A stretch of DNA of 20,000 nucleotides from IMG/VR virus record IMGVR_UViG_3300043094_000104. One strand, 5' to 3'. A model generated the notes under the pieces. It was not told where the DNA came from and ran no database searches. It saw nothing but the letters and a program-made list of their open reading frames with translations. Both the position numbers and the translations under genes were made by a program. Of this stretch, positions 15,723 through 20,000 are shown one piece after another (the first letter of the stretch is position 1; every line of letters begins with the position of its first letter). This stretch comes from an uncultured virus (IMG/VR IMGVR_UViG_3300043094_000104) (Duplodnaviria; Heunggongvirae; Uroviricota; Caudoviricetes).

Positions 15723-15760
15723 TATATATTATTTTTTTAGTAAGTAAAACAACTTACTAA
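15723..15760 (+). promoter_or_regulatory. Ligase promoter region with both motif types
   Basis: TATATATTAT at 15723-15732, hairpin TTAGTAAGT/ACTTACTAA, and AACA-ACTTAC-TA at 15748-15759. Confidence 0.5.
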
Positions 15761-15791
15761 TATTTAATACAATTTTTAGGAGGAAATAATT

Positions 15792-17816
15792 ATGACTATT
15801 AATTATGAAAAAGCTAAGAAAAATCTATTAATGAAAAAGGATCTTGAAAAGGTAAAGGAGCTTTTAATTGAATCATCTAAAGCTTATTATAACTCAAGTT
15901 CATTAATTCTTTCAGATGATGAATATGATGAACTTTATAAAGCTTATAAAAGTTTAACAAATGATGAAATTATTGGTGCTGAACCTAATAAAGGTTCAAA
16001 GACTGTTTCAGTCGAACATAGTTACAATAATTTAGTTGGAACACTTGATAAAGCAAAAGATCTTGATGAAGTTAAACCTTTCTTAAAGAGATTTTCTACA
16101 GTAGATATGAAAAATAAAAAATATACTGTAAGAATGTCTTTAAAGTTTGATGGTAATTCAATTACTATTGAATATGATAAAAATGGTGTACCAAAGAAAG
16201 CTCTTACAAGAGGACAAGATGGTAAAGGTAAAGATATTATTAATGTATTTAGTGGAAAAGATGATATTGTTAATATGAATAATTTTAATTTATCTTTACT
16301 AGATTCCGAATTTGCTATCAAGTATGAAGTTATTATAACTTATGAAGATTATGAAAAGCTTTGTAAAGAAACTGGAGAAGAATATGCAAATCCTAGAAGC
16401 ACTATTTCAGGAATTTTGAATAGTAATGAAGGTGTTAATTTTAGAAAATATATGACACTTGTTCCTTTGGAAATGAGAGTTAAAGATGAAGGATTTGCAT
16501 ATGAAAATGGTCTTAAGAAATTATATAGAGATGAAATTAGCGAAATTTATCCTATTAATTATTATGACACATATTTCACTAAAGTAAAGAAAGGAACTCT
16601 AGAAGAAATAGAAGAAGAAATTAAGAAATATTATGATAAAACAAATAAAATGCGTGAAACACTTCCTTTTATGATTGATGGAATAGTTGTTGAATTTCTT
16701 AATAAAGAAATTATTGATAAATATTTCTATGATCCTAGAGGTTATATTCCACAGTATTCATTTGCTGTAAAGCTTCCTTATCTTGAAAAACCTACTGAAG
16801 TTACTGATATTGATTATTGTATTGGTAATAGTGGTAGAATCACTCCAAGAATTTGGTTTAAGGAAGTTCAATTTAATGGCACAACTCATACAAAGCAACA
16901 GATTAGTAATTATAAAAGATTTAGAGAACTAAATCTAGGTAAAGGTAGTAAGATTATGGTAAGCTATCATAATGATTGTCTATCTTATATTACTAAAATG
17001 GAAGAACAACCAGAAGGCATTGAACCATTTAAATTCATTAATAGATGTCCTATTTGTAATACTAAAATTAAAGTAAGAAAGAATGATAATGGAGAACTTA
17101 CATTAGCTAAGTGTCCTAATAAAGAATGCCCAGGACGTCTTAAAGGAAAAATTGAAAATTATTTCATTAAGATGGATATTAAAGGTATTAAAATGAATAC
17201 TATTGAAGATCTTTATGATAATAAACTTCTTACCGATATTCCTAGTATTTATAAAATGAATTATAAAAAGGTAGCAAAATTATTAGGAAATAAAACTGCA
17301 GAAAATATTAAAAATGCTATTGAAGAAAAAGAATTCTATGATTATGAAATCTTAGGATCTCTTGGAATTAATAATATTAGTATTGAAAATGCTAAAGTAA
17401 TTTGTAAGAATTATAATCTTGATGAAATTATTGATCTTTATAATGACGATAAACTTTATGATTCAATTATTAAGTTAGAAGGATTTAGTAATACTAAGAC
17501 TAATAACTTTATTGAAGGATTTGAAGAAAATTCTGATACAATTGAATTTCTATATAGTAAAGGATATAAGAATTATAAAGATAATTTTAAAGATGCTAAA
17601 TTTGATTTAAATATTGTTGTAACAGGTTGGAGACCTGATCCTGTAATGGAAATGAAAATGGAATCTATGGGTATTAAAATTAAATCTTCAGTTTCAAAGA
17701 AAGTTAATTTAGTTGTTTATTCAGATAATCCAGGGGCTACTAAAGTAAATAAAGCTAAAGAACTAAATATCCCAACAATGTATGTAGAAGAGTTCAAAGA
17801 AAAGTATAATATTTAA
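15792..17816 (+). CDS. ligA: NAD-dependent DNA ligase
   Basis: AYY...SDDEYD (domain Ia), KFDG adenylation motif, LTRGQDG, NPR, IDGIVV, GRITP, C4 Zn finger (CPIC...CPNKEC), HhH region, C-terminal BRCT (VVTG...SVSKK...KA..L.I). Confidence 0.95.
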   Translation: MTINYEKAKKNLLMKKDLEKVKELLIESSKAYYNSSSLILSDDEYDELYKAYKSLTNDEIIGAEPNKGSKTVSVEHSYNNLVGTLDKAKDLDEVKPFLKRFSTVDMKNKKYTVRMSLKFDGNSITIEYDKNGVPKKALTRGQDGKGKDIINVFSGKDDIVNMNNFNLSLLDSEFAIKYEVIITYEDYEKLCKETGEEYANPRSTISGILNSNEGVNFRKYMTLVPLEMRVKDEGFAYENGLKKLYRDEISEIYPINYYDTYFTKVKKGTLEEIEEEIKKYYDKTNKMRETLPFMIDGIVVEFLNKEIIDKYFYDPRGYIPQYSFAVKLPYLEKPTEVTDIDYCIGNSGRITPRIWFKEVQFNGTTHTKQQISNYKRFRELNLGKGSKIMVSYHNDCLSYITKMEEQPEGIEPFKFINRCPICNTKIKVRKNDNGELTLAKCPNKECPGRLKGKIENYFIKMDIKGIKMNTIEDLYDNKLLTDIPSIYKMNYKKVAKLLGNKTAENIKNAIEEKEFYDYEILGSLGINNISIENAKVICKNYNLDEIIDLYNDDKLYDSIIKLEGFSNTKTNNFIEGFEENSDTIEFLYSKGYKNYKDNFKDAKFDLNIVVTGWRPDPVMEMKMESMGIKIKSSVSKKVNLVVYSDNPGATKVNKAKELNIPTMYVEEFKEKYNI

Positions 17817-17817
17817 G

Positions 17818-17864
17818 TATATATTATTAAGGTGTAAAGAGTTAAATACTCTTTACACTTTTTT
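17818..17864 (+). promoter_or_regulatory. TATATATTAT motif followed by a hairpin and T-run (ligase terminator and/or early promoter of the next gene)
   Basis: TATATATTAT at 17818-17827, then GTGTAAAGAGT-TAAAT-ACTCTTTACAC and TTTTTT. Confidence 0.6.
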
Positions 17865-17904
17865 ATTATATTAAAATCTTTTTAAATTATAGGAGGAAAA
17901 AATA

Positions 17905-18339
17905 ATGAGTAACAAAAATTTTGATGGAGAAATTATTGAAACTAATGATTTCACAGAGGATGATTTTGATAGCTTCTTAGATTACTTAGAAGATATTGAA
18001 GATCTAGATTTAGAAGATGAAGAAGATGATTATGATGATAATGATGAATATTGTATTGATGTAAAGGAATATAAACCTATGGTATCTAGTAAAAATAATT
18101 TTAATAATAAGCAGATTACACAAAAAAATTATGATAATGCAAATAATCTATCATTTAGTATTAATGATGATTATGGTAGTAATTTATCTATAGGTAATAA
18201 TGGAATTAATTGTAATATTAATCTTAATACATTAGGAAATTTATTTGGTGATATTAATGATAGTATTACAAGAAGACGTTATAGAAAAATGAAAGAAAAA
18301 GCAAGAATTGAGAAAATGAAAAAGAAATATAATAAGTAA
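17905..18339 (+). CDS. Hypothetical protein with a very acidic N-terminus and a basic C-terminus
   Basis: AGGAGG RBS. D/E-rich first ~50 aa and RRRYRKMKEKARIEKMKKK tail. Confidence 0.8.
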   Translation: MSNKNFDGEIIETNDFTEDDFDSFLDYLEDIEDLDLEDEEDDYDDNDEYCIDVKEYKPMVSSKNNFNNKQITQKNYDNANNLSFSINDDYGSNLSIGNNGINCNINLNTLGNLFGDINDSITRRRYRKMKEKARIEKMKKKYNK

Positions 18340-18361
18340 TCTTATATAATTATTTAATTTA

Positions 18362-18403
18362 AAAGGATATATGGGTTAAACCCATATATCCTTATTTTTT
18401 TTT
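18362..18403. terminator. Bidirectional intrinsic terminator
   Basis: AAGGATATATGGGTT / AACCCATATATCCTT flanked by A and T runs, between convergent genes. Confidence 0.85.
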
Positions 18404-18953
18404 AGTTATTATCATTATCTTCTATAGCACTAGTATCAAAAGTAAATTCTTCCACCGTAGTATTATCAATATCATATGAACTATCTAAATCACCTAAATA
18501 ATCAAATAATGTATTTGTATTAATAGCACTTACAGTACTATCAACGCTATTTGATAAAGCATGAACAGCTTCTTCAATTAAAACAGTAAGATAAGTCTTA
18601 ATTGAATCTTCTGAAGTAGAAGATGTAACATTACTAATAATATTCTTTACAATAGAATAAACTGCTTCATAAGTACGCTGGAAAGCTTCCTGCTGCTTTT
18701 CATCTGTAAACTTATTTTCCTTCTTAAGGTCTTCAACAAAAGTCTGATTAGTATATGTTACACAACTATAAACTACACTCTTAATAAAATCTTCTGTAGA
18801 CTGAATCTTAGACTTATCAACAGTATAATTAAGCTTTTTACTAATTACTACAACAAGCTTAGTTACAAAAAATGAAACTACTGCAAAAATAATTGTAATA
18901 ATAACCTTAATAAAATAAGATACAAATGTAGTGTTTGTTAATAATTCTTTCAT
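18402..18953 (-). CDS. Putative holin (LL-H-like, single N-terminal TM helix) with an acidic tail
   Basis: Hydrophobic residues ~10-38, then V..TNQTFV.DLKK...F..E.Q.EAF...LIE.AV, a pattern typical of Firmicute phage LL-H-type holins. Confidence 0.6.
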   Translation of the reverse strand: MKELLTNTTFVSYFIKVIITIIFAVVSFFVTKLVVVISKKLNYTVDKSKIQSTEDFIKSVVYSCVTYTNQTFVEDLKKENKFTDEKQQEAFQRTYEAVYSIVKNIISNVTSSTSEDSIKTYLTVLIEEAVHALSNSVDSTVSAINTNTLFDYLGDLDSSYDIDNTTVEEFTFDTSAIEDNDNN

Positions 18954-18974
18954 AATTTAATACCTCTTTCTAAT

Positions 18975-19994
18975 TTAGTCAATTAATCTTTTATTAGTTG
19001 ATATAATACTATAAAAATCTGGATAAGATATATTAATAACTCTTTTGATAAATGTATCAGGAGAACTTGAAACCATTAAATTCCAACTTTCTAAGAAAGT
19101 ATCAAAATCAATATTATTTTCAATATATTTATATACAGAGTTATAGTAATTATAACACCAACAACTTAGTAAATTAGCATCATAAGCATCTCTATCAAAT
19201 AATACTTCAATGCAATAAAAATAAAGTCTAATCCAAACATTTATAAAATGTTTCTTTTGTTTCTTTCCGTTTTCTAATCCTCTTTTTTTACATTCTTCAT
19301 ATACCCAAATCATATTATTTACATATCCTTCAATTGAATAGAAATAATATTCATGACCATTAATTCTTGTAATAGAATTTGGTTCATATCTCCATAAATA
19401 AACTACTTCATCTATGAAAATGTAATTATCTGTTAGCATTCTAAATAATGTTGTAAAACCATTATCTTCGTTTGCTCTTGTTTCATTAAATGTTAAATGA
19501 TTATCATCTAAAAACTTTTTCTTAAATAATTTTCCAAAAACCCAAATAAAGTTTCTTTCTCTTAATTTCATTTTTTTATTTTCCAATTCTTCATATGCTA
19601 ATCCTGATACCATATTTAAATTTGGATTTTTAATAAATTCTGTTAATAATTTTATAATTGATGTATTATCATAAAATTCATCATCTGAATCTATAAAAGT
19701 TATATAATCTCCTTTAGCTAATTCTAATCCTACTTTTCTTGCTACTCCTGGACCAAAATTATTATCTAACTTTGTATAGTTAATATTTAAATTTTGTTTA
19801 TAGAATTTAATTAAATTTCCATAATTTTCAGTTGAACAATCATCAACAATAATTATTTCAATATTTTTGTAATCTTGTTTTTCAATACTTTGAATACATC
19901 TTTTAAATATATCTGGATTAGTATTATATAAAGGAATTATAATTGAAATTAAATCTTCTCCTAATTCTCTTTTTGGTGTTTTATTATTTCTCAT
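18975..19994 (-). CDS. Glycosyltransferase family 2 (GT-A fold)
   Basis: ISIIIPLYN, IIIVDDCS, N.GPGVARKVGL..AKGDYITFIDSDD (DxD motif), ED motif. Confidence 0.92.
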   Translation of the reverse strand: MRNNKTPKRELGEDLISIIIPLYNTNPDIFKRCIQSIEKQDYKNIEIIIVDDCSTENYGNLIKFYKQNLNINYTKLDNNFGPGVARKVGLELAKGDYITFIDSDDEFYDNTSIIKLLTEFIKNPNLNMVSGLAYEELENKKMKLRERNFIWVFGKLFKKKFLDDNHLTFNETRANEDNGFTTLFRMLTDNYIFIDEVVYLWRYEPNSITRINGHEYYFYSIEGYVNNMIWVYEECKKRGLENGKKQKKHFINVWIRLYFYCIEVLFDRDAYDANLLSCWCYNYYNSVYKYIENNIDFDTFLESWNLMVSSSPDTFIKRVINISYPDFYSIISTNKRLID

Positions 19995-20000
19995 ATTATT

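Noticed and set aside
286..16321. Short antisense ORFs (286..477, 2581..2817, 3014..3292, 15406..15606, 16022..16321)
   Set aside because: They overlap better-supported genes on the opposite strand that have RBSs and terminators.
1..20000. Stop-codon reassignment (accepted genes end in TAA or TGA, none in TAG)
   Set aside because: Conserved genes (ligase, capsid, GT2) are full length in the standard code, and AT-richness explains the TAA preference.

Overview
Very AT-rich segment of a large lytic (jumbo-type) phage, probably of a low-GC Gram-positive host and reminiscent of AR9/PBS1-like phages (inferred from gene content and promoter motifs). From left to right it holds: small + strand 'early-type' hypothetical genes, each bracketed by a repeated TATATATTAT promoter motif and an intrinsic terminator, two of them carrying a shared, covarying structured leader RNA; a translationally coupled array of four paralogous Zn-ribbon-repeat + Vsr/EDxHD-type endonuclease genes; a T4 gp23-like major capsid gene; two probable virion/internal proteins, one with an M48-like HEXXH peptidase domain; a RecA/UvsX-like gene split by two tandem group I introns around a 15-nt micro-exon, where intron 2 encodes a homing endonuclease and appears to lack P9; an NAD-dependent DNA ligase; an acidic hypothetical protein; an LL-H-like holin; and a GT2 glycosyltransferase. 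All calls come from reading the sequence. No database searches or folding programs were run.
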